DNA of 64,000 nucleotides, taken from contig NC_134030.1 in assembly GCF_964204645.1 (NCBI RefSeq), positions 15,686,110-15,750,109 on the forward strand, given 5' to 3'. The translations under genes were made by a program, and so were the position numbers. This document shows, one piece after another, positions 12,945 to 23,425 of this stretch (position 1 is the stretch's first letter; every line of letters starts with the position of its first letter). The notes beneath the pieces were generated by a model. It saw only the letters and a list, made by a program, of their open reading frames with translations. It ran no database searches and was not told the DNA's origin. The stretch is from Tubulanus polymorphus. Lineage: Eukaryota; Animalia; Nemertea.

Positions 12945-13370
12945 ATGGAAGATAATATTGATATTATTCCTCATGATATAAATAAAACTAAATTAAAAAT
13001 ATATTTAGAAAAACAAATATTAGAATTTGAAAGTGACTTAAAAGTTAAAAAGAAAAAATATCTAAAAAGTAGAATTATATATTATTTGATTATAAGTGGT
13101 TCGGTTACAATTAGTTCTGTAATAACATTTCTAGCAATATTCAGTCCATTAACACCTTTAGCTATATCAATTGGTGTGTTAGGATTAAGTTCAAGTGTTT
13201 TAACTGGTATAAGTTCAAAATAAAATATAAAAAGTAATAAAGACAAAATTAAAACTAATATAAAAGAAATTAATAAATTAAAGAACACACTAGATTGTAT
13301 CATAAGTTTAAATGGTCATATAACAGTTGAAGAACAAGATAAATTATTAAAAGAATTAATAAATTATTAA
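12945..13370 (+). pseudogene. Two-TM Polinton membrane protein with in-frame stop at 13223
   Basis: Hydrophobic hairpin; the frame stays open for 48 more codons after the stop. Confidence 0.65.
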
Positions 13371-13386
13371 TTTTTTAATTATATAA

Positions 13387-14775
13387 ATGGTAGATAGTTT
13401 TCCAAAAGCTTTCCAATATAATAAATCAATTAAATATAATATTCCAGCAATAGATTTTAATAAAGATATTGCATATAGAAATGAAGTTTTAGATTCATTA
13501 ACTAATTTAGAAATTTATGTTACTGAAACTAATAATTTTAATGCAAAGATGGAAAATATATTTCATGTATATTTAATTAATTTTAAAAAATTGAAAGATG
13601 AAAAACAATGGTTATTAAAATCTAATATGAAGTATTGGCAGAACCAATTAAATTTTGCTGTTTATTGTGCAACAACAGGTTGTGGAATTAGTTGGAATGA
13701 TCATTTGAATAATTCTAAATATAAATTAATTCAAAGTTTATTTAGATTTCATACATACTTTCAAATAAGAATAATATTAAATGAATTAGAGTGCGCTTTA
13801 CCAGGATTTAGGTATTTTAAAGAATTAGATAATAATATTAATTTATCAAAGTTTTATAGAATTTGTAATGAATTTAATATAGATATAAATAATTCTGATT
13901 TTAGAACAAAAATTGGAACAATAAGATCACTTCCTTGCCCTAAAAAGATTGCAGAATATTGTGCACTTCCCATACCATCTTATAGTTTTTATAATATCTA
14001 TAGTAATAAATTAGGTTATGGTAAAATAGAAACTAAGGATTTAGAAACATTAAATTTCAATAAATTACCGACATTTTATGATAATTTAAAACAAGAAAAC
14101 AATAATGGTTGGGTTTATTTCATTTTAGAAAATAATGAAGATTTTACAAAATCAGGTATACAAAGAATAAATCAATCTATTAGAACTTATTTGATATGTA
14201 TTCTAGGTGCACAAGTTGAAACAAGATCACCGATAATTGGAAATTTGAATACATCATTCGATACACAAAAACAATTTAAAGTTTTATTTGAAGATTCCAT
14301 ACATAATGATAAAAATAGATCGATTCCAGAAAACATTGTAAGATATCAAAATTATTTAGATAAATCACATATTAGATTAAATTATTGTATAGGCCCTAAT
14401 CTATTAATTATTTCTAATGATTTAGTATTAAAGATGGGAAATATAATTGGTTATAATAATCTAATTTAAACTGCAACAATAAATAATTCATTTGGATTGA
14501 ATGATATAAATAAAAAGATTATCACTGCTCCAAAATTAATGGAAGGTGAAAAAAATAAAAAACACATTCAATCAACTGAAACTAAAACTAATAATATTTA
14601 ATTAAATAATGATTCTAAAATAAAAGATTACAATACATCAGAAAATATTAAAACTGATAATATTCAACATGATATAATTAAAACTAATGATGATAATAAA
14701 TCCCATGAAAATGCTAAATTAGCTTTAACTTGTATAGGAATTGTAATCGGAGGAATATTATATTTTAAATTTTAA
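13387..14775 (+). pseudogene. Polinton protein of unknown function, probable C-terminal TM; premature stop at 14469
   Basis: 360 aa ORF (YWQNQLNFAVYCATTGCGIS), followed in frame by a tail ending in a hydrophobic segment. Confidence 0.65.
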
Positions 14776-14791
14776 TTTTTTTATTATGTAA

Positions 14792-16241
14792 ATGGATGTA
14801 GAAGGTGGAGAAGATATTGGAATGGATAATTTTGATGAACCTGGCATAACTGATGAACAACAACCTGAATTTAGTGAAACAAGTTTTAATGATGGTAATG
14901 AGCCAGAATATAATAATAATTTGAATATGCCTGATTATATTAAAAATGCAGAATCACAATTAAATCCTGAAAATTTAGACCCAGATTTAGTAACACAAGA
15001 TTTAGATAATTTAAACAAAATACCTAAATTAGAAGATTTAATTGAAAAATCTAAACTTAACATAAATGAAGACGTTGGACTTTTAGCAGATCAATTAAAA
15101 TTTTTAGATAATGGTAAATGTTATTATCGTTTGAAAGGTGATTATTATATTGATATCACTTATAAAAATAATAAAAAAAATATTAGCGGAATCAACTTTG
15201 AAAAGTTTAAAACCAGATAAAATTAAAATAATAAGTAATAGTAATGAAATAACTGATGTTACACAAAAAGAAATAGATGATAATATAGACGTATTTAAAC
15301 AAAGAATTAATGAATTATTTGAAATAATCAAAAAGAAATCAGAAACAGAAACAACTTCTGAACAGAATATAACTTCCAAAAATAGTAAACTTAAATCAAA
15401 TAAAGTTCCAATTGAAAACTTTTACCGAATGGATTACTTGATGCAACCGATCAAGAATTAGAAGATTTAGATATATTTTCTGATAAAGCAATTAGAGAAA
15501 CTATAAGTATAAGACTTGCATCTGATAAAATTGCGCATGATAAAAGTATAAGAGATTTTAAAATTAGAACTTTAGAAAAAGAATAAACTGATAAAAATAA
15601 AGAAATAGAACAATTAAAGTCTGATGTAGATCATCAAGTAATTGATGAAATAGAATATAGGCAAAAAGAATTACGTTTAGAAAAAGAAATTGATGATTTA
15701 GAATATAACATAGAATTACAAAAAGAAGAAATTAAATTATTATTAAAATCATATGATTATAATATTAATAGATTAAAAGTTATTTTTAAAGATTTGTTGT
15801 GAAAAACCAAATTCTGACATATCATTGAAAGATAGAATAAAATTGTTATTTAAATTAGAAGGAATAACAATTCTTTCAATTCTAACAGCTGTAACTATGT
15901 TATTCACAACAATTGGTTTAGCTATATCAAATGCTTTGAAATCTACTCCTACTCCCAATAAACCAGATAAACCCCCAGGTAATAATTCTATACAAGATAA
16001 AGTTAAAGATGGTTTAAAGAAATTAGCAAAATATTTATGGGAACTATCTAAAAAATCTGCTGCAGCTTTACCAGGAATTATTGCATCAATTGTTGGTTTT
16101 ATATTGACATCTGCAGGTAATATTCTTAACTTTGCTGCTGAACATATTATTTCATTTTTAATTACAGTTGTAAGTGCTATTATTTTTGGGTTAGTGAATA
16201 TGATATCAAAAAGATATCAAGAAAAAAATAATAAAAAATAA
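14792..16241 (+). pseudogene. Long acidic/coiled-coil Polinton protein with C-terminal TM helices, frameshifted
   Basis: Consecutive fragments 14792-15220, 15138-15461, 15825-16241 sharing one TAAATG start. Confidence 0.65.
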
Positions 16242-16266
16242 ATAATTAATTTTTTTTGTTAAATAA

Positions 16267-17514
16267 ATGAGTGGGAGTTATATAAGTCCTTCTAAGATTT
16301 CTAGAATATCTAATGCTATTAAAGCAGAAAGATCACATCATATAATTACTCATAATCCTTCAAATATTAATCCTGATGAAACTTTATATGTTAGAATTCC
16401 TAGATTAACACAAAATACTTTTTATGTTCCAAATAGTATTTATTTATCAGCTGATATAAAAGTAACTGGCCATGATAACAATTATGTTGTTGATAATGTT
16501 GGAAGGTATTTGATTAAAAAGTTAACAATAAAGATTGGTCCAGAAACAGTTTTCTCATTAGATGATTATAATTTATTTATGCATTATAAAGATTTATGGT
16601 TAACTATAGAAAATAGAAATAATATGATATTTCAGGGTATTCAATCGGAAAACCATAATAAATTAAGATCAGGAGCTAATGACGCAATAGTAACTCGTGC
16701 CACAGATAATTTGATTAAAAAGATTTATGGAAGCAAATATAAAATTCCATTAGACTTTGAATTGATAAATAATAATGCACCTTTATATAAATACGCAATT
16801 CGAGAAGATATTATATTTGAGATAACATTTGCTCCTGTAAATGAAATTGTATTATCTAGCGTTGTTAAAGATATGGGTTATACATTATCGAATATATGTT
16901 TAGAATATGACACAGTAACTAATGAAAATATTGCTAGCACAATTCAAACTCAATACAATCAAGGATTTTCATTATTATATGGTTATATTGATAAATTTAA
17001 AACTGTAACTATTAATGCAAATGATGAAATTATTAATGAGAATATTAACTTCCCAAGAAGATCTATTAAAGGTATATTAATATTTTTTACCATTGCAACA
17101 TATTCTAATGGCGCAATAAAGGTTGATAATTATTATAATCCTGAAATAACAAAAGTAGAAATAACTATCGAAGGAATAGCAAATAAAATATTTTGTCAAG
17201 GAATGAGAATGATTGATCAGTGGACAGAAATTAGAAAACATTTTATGAATGAAAAAGTAAAATCATTTGAAAATTGTAATATTGATCAAATTGATTATTA
17301 TACCGGTAATAAATATGCATTATGGTTAGATTTTAGAACAACAGAGGATAATTCATTACATGGTTCTGGAAAAAAATTACAGAACACTAAAGATGGAATA
17401 CAATTATTCGTGACAAAGAATAAAGGAAGCCTAAATTTCAAAATGCATATTTATATTATATCTGACGCGCAATTAAATATTGTAAATTCTCAATTAAATA
17501 GTGTTATGTATTAG
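16267..17514 (+). CDS. Major capsid protein (double jelly roll, Polinton type), intact
   Basis: 415 aa, beta-rich; size and position fit a Polinton MCP; NVGRYLIKKLTIKIG, KYKIPLDF, KYALWLDFR segments. Confidence 0.8.
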   Translation: MSGSYISPSKISRISNAIKAERSHHIITHNPSNINPDETLYVRIPRLTQNTFYVPNSIYLSADIKVTGHDNNYVVDNVGRYLIKKLTIKIGPETVFSLDDYNLFMHYKDLWLTIENRNNMIFQGIQSENHNKLRSGANDAIVTRATDNLIKKIYGSKYKIPLDFELINNNAPLYKYAIREDIIFEITFAPVNEIVLSSVVKDMGYTLSNICLEYDTVTNENIASTIQTQYNQGFSLLYGYIDKFKTVTINANDEIINENINFPRRSIKGILIFFTIATYSNGAIKVDNYYNPEITKVEITIEGIANKIFCQGMRMIDQWTEIRKHFMNEKVKSFENCNIDQIDYYTGNKYALWLDFRTTEDNSLHGSGKKLQNTKDGIQLFVTKNKGSLNFKMHIYIISDAQLNIVNSQLNSVMY

Positions 17515-17546
17515 AATTTTAACTTTAATAAAAATATATATAATAA

Positions 17547-18682
17547 ATGGAAGGTGGAATATATGAAATACAAACTCCAAGTGAAATGATATCAGATATA
17601 TATTATACATTACCTTATGATGAATACATGAAGTATTTTGGAAATTACTTTAATCAATTCAAATATAGAATAAGTAAAATAAAAGATAATATTGAAACTA
17701 AAATAGAAGATAAGAATGATATTGAATATAAAATAGAAGATGATATTGAATATAAAATAGAAGATAGTAATAATATGGAAACTAAAATAGAAGATGTAAC
17801 AGCATCTACATCTTATAATATACCCTCTACATATGATATTGAATCAAAAAAGATTATTATAATCCAAAATATTGTGATGTATGTAAGAAATATATATCAT
17901 ATAAAAATTGGGCATCACATAAGAAATCAAAGAAACATATAGAAAAAGAAAAGAATAATAATGATAATAATATATCAGTTAGTAATATAAAAGATAATGT
18001 TAACCCAATTGAAACTAATGATACCATAGATAATATAACAGATAATGTAATAAATAATGTTAACCCAATCGAAACTAATGATAATGATATAACAAATAAT
18101 GAAATAATTGATGATTCTAAAAAACATTGTAACATTTGTAATTTAGATATTTCTAAAAGTAATTGTTCTAAACATAAAAAATCTAAGGGGCACATAGAAA
18201 ATGAAAAAGAATTAATATGTGATTATTGTAATAAAGAAATTGAACCTGTTGATAAAATTACTCATTATAAATCAAAATTACATCTAATTAATGTTTATAA
18301 AAAAGTGGGTATGTTACCATTGTTAGATGAACCAAAGAAATATATCAAATATTTTAATCCTGAAACTAAAGAATATCATATATTCTTTAAGTTGTTATTT
18401 GATAAATTATTAGCTTATGCAGAAGATAATCCTGACCAAATATATAAATTAGCGTATAATGGACACCTAGATTTATTTAATTTATTAAATGATTTTGAAT
18501 TTGATTTTGATGGTGATAATTCTAATGATTACTTTGAAAAATTAAGAGTAAAAGCTGGATTAAGTGATGATGAACGTAGAATGAAGGATGAAATAGAATT
18601 AATAAATATGCCAAAGACTTTTGATGAATTTGATATAAACAAAGATGATTTTATAAATGTATTAGAAACAAAATTAGAATAA
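17547..18682 (+). pseudogene. Low-complexity multi-zinc-finger Polinton protein, frameshifted
   Basis: IE(T/Y)KIED repeats; C-x2-C...H-x5-H fingers across ~17860-18290. Confidence 0.6.
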
Positions 18683-18726
18683 TTATTATAAAACTATTTA
18701 TATATCTATAAAAATATTTATATATC

Positions 18727-18984
18727 TATGCACTAGACGTATGAGTATGAAAGTAAGAACCCAAGAATCCTTGCCAAGAAATATAAATTATAAACATAAA
18801 TTATAAACATAAATTATAAACATAAATTATAAACATAGTTTTAATATATAATTTATTCATTATTATACATTTCATTTAATAATTCATATTTCTATGGACT
18901 AGACGTACGTTAGAATCCAAGATTCTTGCCAAGAAAGAAAAAAGGTAAGAATCTTACTTTCTTACTCGTACGTCTAGTACATAG
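18727..18984. repeat. ~33 bp inverted repeat plus short AT tandem repeat between convergent gene blocks
   Basis: CTATGCACTAGACGTATGAGTATGAAAGTAAGA versus its reverse complement at ~18951-18984; third partial copy at ~18891; ATAAATTATAAAC x4. Confidence 0.75.
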
Positions 18985-18994
18985 AAATATAAAT

Positions 18995-19630
18995 TAGTTT
19001 CTATAATATTCCAAATTATAAATAGTTATTTTATAAATTTATATTCATAGGGAAATTGAAGTCTCAGTAATAATTTTGAACCTTTATTATTCTTTAATTT
19101 ATTCATATATTCATCATAATTCAGTAGGTATAATTTGATTTTCTTCCAATGATTGTTGCATAGATTTTCTATCTTTGTTATAAAATAAAACTAGAAATCT
19201 TATATTCTCCCTAAAGTCTTTAACAATTGAATTATATTTTTGATTTAAAACCCATGTTGTTATCCCAAAATGTCTCCCAGAGAAAGCTAAGTAACTCACT
19301 TTCTCTCACTTTTGAATCATGTAAATTTGCGCAATCATCTACAATGAATAATGTATTTGATCCTTTATAAGTATCAATTGCTATTTTAATACAATTATCT
19401 AAATTTTCTTTTACTGTTTTAGGATCTGATATAATAAACTTTTTCATCTTAACTATATCTCTATTGTATGTTTTATTCATTTCATAAGTAGGACAGAATA
19501 ATATTATATTATCAAAATGATTCTTATAAATAATTTCTAACAAATCTAATATGAAATGTGTTTTACCACAGTTTGTTACTCCAGTAACTAACATATTATG
19601 AGGTTCAAATATAAATAAATCTTTATTCAT
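18995..19630 (-). pseudogene. FtsK/A32-like genome packaging ATPase, frameshifted
   Basis: Walker A GVTNCGKT, Walker B FIVDD, GRHFGITTWVLNQ motif in the second frame. Confidence 0.9.
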
Positions 19631-20714
19631 TTATTCTTTTAATTTTACTAGATAAAATCCATTCATTAAATTTATCATCGTATCCTTTATATTTCACCAA
19701 AGAATACTTTTTTCCTTTAAGAGTTTTTGTTTTCAATACTTTTTCTATTTTGTATTCTATTTCATCTGGATTTGGTACAAGTGATAATTCTTGTTCATAG
19801 AAATAACCTAATATTTCTTCATCTTTTAGATCTTCTAGTTTATAAACAAAAGGTTTAGTAAATATTATCTTTTTAATCTTAAATATTTCTTCAGTAAAAT
19901 TTGGGGTATAACCTTTATAAAAGGTTTTTCTATATTTAGATATTCTGACGTGTTGTCCAATTTTGAATCTAGGTTCACCGAAATCATGTGTAACAAACGC
20001 TCCATATAGATTATTCCAAACTATTTCCGAATTATCTTCTTTTCTAGCTTGTATAGGTTTCATATTTATAGAACTATGTTTAGAATTATTATAACCTTTC
20101 ACTAAATCATCTAATACATCGATATAAATATATGTTTCATTAGCAGTAAAATATTTCCACATTCTAGTTTTCAATGTTTTATTAAATCTTTCTATAATAG
20201 ATGCTTTTTTATCTGAGTGTGTTGAAAAATAATCTACATCGTTATCAGATAATAGTTTTTTGAAATGTTTGTTATAAAATTCCTTACCTTCATCAAATTG
20301 TATCTTATCTGGAATAGCTTCTTTAAATATAGATTTAAAAGCATTTGTCACTTCTATACCAGTTCTATTTTTGATTGGAATTGACCATGCGTATCGACTG
20401 AATATGTCTATAACATTCAGTATCCAGAAATATCCTTTGTTGTATTCTTCTAAGTTCTTCATGTCAATTAAATCTGCTTGCCATTGTTGATCGATATATG
20501 AAACCATAACTTTTCTTGTTAAATAAGTTTTATCCATTTTCTTGTGAATTCGATATGTTGGTTGATTTTGTAACAATGATTTCAATTCACTATATTTTAT
20601 ATTACCATTTTCATTATCAGATTTAATTTCATTCCATAATTCTGAAACGTTAGAATATGATACTTCACTTTCTGGGTTATAATATAAATCTCTTAAATAT
20701 TGTTCTTTTTTCAT
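19623..20714 (-). CDS. Retroviral-like (rve) integrase with C-terminal chromodomain, intact
   Basis: WQADLIDM, IDIFSRYAW, QFDEGKEF, KASIIERFNKTLK (DDE); chromo YKIEKVL..LVKYKGY..NEW. Confidence 0.95.
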   Translation of the reverse strand: MKKEQYLRDLYYNPESEVSYSNVSELWNEIKSDNENGNIKYSELKSLLQNQPTYRIHKKMDKTYLTRKVMVSYIDQQWQADLIDMKNLEEYNKGYFWILNVIDIFSRYAWSIPIKNRTGIEVTNAFKSIFKEAIPDKIQFDEGKEFYNKHFKKLLSDNDVDYFSTHSDKKASIIERFNKTLKTRMWKYFTANETYIYIDVLDDLVKGYNNSKHSSINMKPIQARKEDNSEIVWNNLYGAFVTHDFGEPRFKIGQHVRISKYRKTFYKGYTPNFTEEIFKIKKIIFTKPFVYKLEDLKDEEILGYFYEQELSLVPNPDEIEYKIEKVLKTKTLKGKKYSLVKYKGYDDKFNEWILSSKIKRINE

Positions 20715-20719
20715 CTTCT

Positions 20720-21090
20720 TTTAATCCATTAATAATAATCTTGGGTTATTTTCAATGGTTTTAGGATTTGACTTATTTTCTGGTATAATAGGTTTATTGT
20801 CATTGGAATCATCTTTATCATTAGATTTGAATTTTGATTTATATATTACACCGGATAATATAATAACTGTTACTAATCCAATTGTAATATATAATTTATA
20901 ATTGCTTCCAGCATTAGAAGAATCAGATGGATTATTATTTGAATCAATATCAGATAAAGTCTGTGATTCATTTATATCAGTTAATTTCTTTTTCTTAGCT
21001 TTTTTTTAATTCTGAAGATCTTTTACCTAATTCTCTTGCCCATTTAATTTGTTTCTCGGATCTAGCCTTTTTCTTAACTCCATCACTCAT
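20720..21090 (-). pseudogene. Small Polinton protein with a TM segment, frameshifted
   Basis: TAAATG start at 21090, basic N-terminus, LYITIGLVTVIIISGVI; boundaries approximate. Confidence 0.5.
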
Positions 21091-21691
21091 TTATTTTAGT
21101 TAATTTTTGTTCTGATTCATTTTCTGTTTCGACGTTTGGTTGTAGTACAGCGTCATCTGTTTCGTTCTTACCTGATTTATATTCCATAGGCTTGATGTTC
21201 GAAAATGTTATGACACCAGTAGAAATTAATGTCATAACCGATCCTAATTGAAATGAAGCATATCCAACCCATTTTTGTAATTCAGTCATAACTAAGTAGT
21301 CATTTTTCAAATCACTATATAATTTATTTTCATCATCAATTGGTATTAACTGGTTACATAACTTAGAATAACATTTGACAATACCATCTGAAATAGAATC
21401 ATTTATTCGGGATAATCTTGCCTCTTCATAAATCTTAAAATATTCTATTACTTTATCTGGTTTCATAACATCTAATTCTTGAAAAGTAATAGTCTTAGTT
21501 AAAAACTCTTTAGTTTTTCCACCGGCAATCAATAGTTCTAGATGATGCTCACAATATAAATAGTATTCATAATCTATATTACAATTAACTTGAGCACAAT
21601 TAGTTACAACTGTATCTTTATTATCACTTATACTCAAATCATCTAATGTCTTTTCAATATCAATACTATTCTTATTAGATTTCTTTGACAT
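21083..21691 (-). CDS. Polinton hypothetical protein
   Basis: Intact 202 aa ORF with TAAATG start. Confidence 0.7.
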   Translation of the reverse strand: MSKKSNKNSIDIEKTLDDLSISDNKDTVVTNCAQVNCNIDYEYYLYCEHHLELLIAGGKTKEFLTKTITFQELDVMKPDKVIEYFKIYEEARLSRINDSISDGIVKCYSKLCNQLIPIDDENKLYSDLKNDYLVMTELQKWVGYASFQLGSVMTLISTGVITFSNIKPMEYKSGKNETDDAVLQPNVETENESEQKLTKINE

Positions 21692-21940
21692 TTATATTAG
21701 AGAAAAAAAGCAAACAAATATTATAAGTATTCTTCAAATGATACTAGCTAGTTAAAGCTAAAGAATTATAGTATTGACTACTGATACTAGCTATTTGAAT
21801 TTAAAGAATTTCTATTTGAATCTATTCAAAATATAAAGTATTCTCTTTTTGAAAAGAAAATATTAAAAATATAATAGAATTCACTAGCTAGTTGAAGTTA
21901 TTGTTTTTTTAGGAGCAGTAATTATAACTGTCCAGATAAG

Positions 21941-22621
21941 TCATTTCGGATCCTTGATATCAAATTCCTCAACGTATTGTTCATTATTTGGATCATTGTT
22001 CCATTGATCAATAAATTTCTTTGCCTTTGTTAACTGTTCTAAATATAACTGTAAATCTAGTTTATTAGATTTAATTATGTTTTCCTTCTTTTCTAAAGGT
22101 CTTAGATTCTTCCAATTCCAAATAAGTTTTTTATTGTATTCATCATTCATGTTAAATTTAGAAATCGGCAACACGTGATCAATATGGTAATAATCCCCAT
22201 AATTATCTATATTCATTTTATCATCGAATTGAAATATAATCCATGATTTGAGAAATTCATCTGAACAACCCAATAGATTAGATAGTGTTTCTGAATGTGT
22301 TTCTTTGTTGAATAATTGTGTTAATCTAGATCTTAAGCATTGTTTCAATCTAAAATTAAGATCTGTTTGATATCTTTCTCTCATAAATTCTGTCATATAA
22401 TCATTATAAGCTTCTCTATTATCTTCTCGGTATTGTTTGGTATATAGTTTAAAACAAGTTTTACAGCAATATTGAAAACCACCTTTGCTAATCTTACGCT
22501 TACTAAATTCTGTTAAAGCTAATTTATCTAATTCACATTTAGAACACTTCTTGTAATATATATTTATAACACCACCAGTGTTATTTGTAATATTGATAGT
22601 TTGTGGTTGTTCTGGTTCCAT
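21941..22621 (-). CDS. HNH-family endonuclease with N-terminal Cys4 zinc finger, intact
   Basis: CSKC..EF..CKTC; YHIDHVLP..WKNLRPL..ENIIKSNK, a pattern seen in NCLDV and phage HNH proteins. Confidence 0.75.
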   Translation of the reverse strand: MEPEQPQTINITNNTGGVINIYYKKCSKCELDKLALTEFSKRKISKGGFQYCCKTCFKLYTKQYREDNREAYNDYMTEFMRERYQTDLNFRLKQCLRSRLTQLFNKETHSETLSNLLGCSDEFLKSWIIFQFDDKMNIDNYGDYYHIDHVLPISKFNMNDEYNKKLIWNWKNLRPLEKKENIIKSNKLDLQLYLEQLTKAKKFIDQWNNDPNNEQYVEEFDIKDPK

Positions 22622-22749
22622 TTATTATACGTATTTTTTTTTACTAATTACTTGGTTAATAATTTTAGAATCCTCTTCCATTTCTTCGACCAACGTCATC
22701 CTTTTTCATTGCTCGCTGCTTTCGATAAGTTAGTTTCGATTCCTTGATA

Positions 22750-23425
22750 TCTAAATAATACCACTGGGCAAAACCGCTCTTATAGGAGCGTTTTTGCTTA
22801 ATGCACATGCGCTAATCATAATTATATATTCATTCTGTAAATTCTGTAAAATAGAAACAACACACGCGTTACATGCGTCACATGCGGCCATTGATGTCCG
22901 GTTTTGCTTAATGCACATGTGTTAATCATAATAGAAACAACCGACATGAAATATCTAAATAATACCACTGGGCAAACCGCTCTTATAGGAGCGTTTTTAC
23001 TTAATGCGCATGCGTTAATCATAATTATATATTCATTCTGTAAATTCTGTAAAATAGAAACGACCGACATAAAATATCAAAACGTGTTCGCATTAGGCAA
23101 AACCGCTCTTATAGGAGCGTTTTTCCTTAATGCGCATGCGTTAATCATAATTATATATTCATTCTGTAAAATAGAAACAACTGAACATAGAAAATTCAAA
23201 CGCATGTGCACTAGGCAAAACCGCTCTTATAGGAGCGTTTTTGCTTAATGCGCATGCGCTAATCCTAATAATATATTCATTCTGAATAGAAACGACCGAA
23301 CATATAAAATTCAAACGCATGTGTACTAGGCAAAACCGCTCTTATAGGAGCGTTTTTGATCAATGCGCATGCGCTAATCCTAATTATATATTCATTCTGA
23401 ATAGAAACGACCGAACATAAAAATT
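22750..23425. repeat. ~115-125 bp tandem repeats, each with a 30 bp imperfect palindrome
   Basis: GCAAAACCGCTCTTATAGGAGCGTTTTTGC-like cores at ~22768, 22972, 23097, 23215, 23330, each followed by a TGCGCATGCG-like motif. Confidence 0.9.

Noticed and set aside
22750-23425. CRISPR-like array of palindromic repeats
   Set aside because: The sequences between palindromes are copies of one another, not unique spacers.
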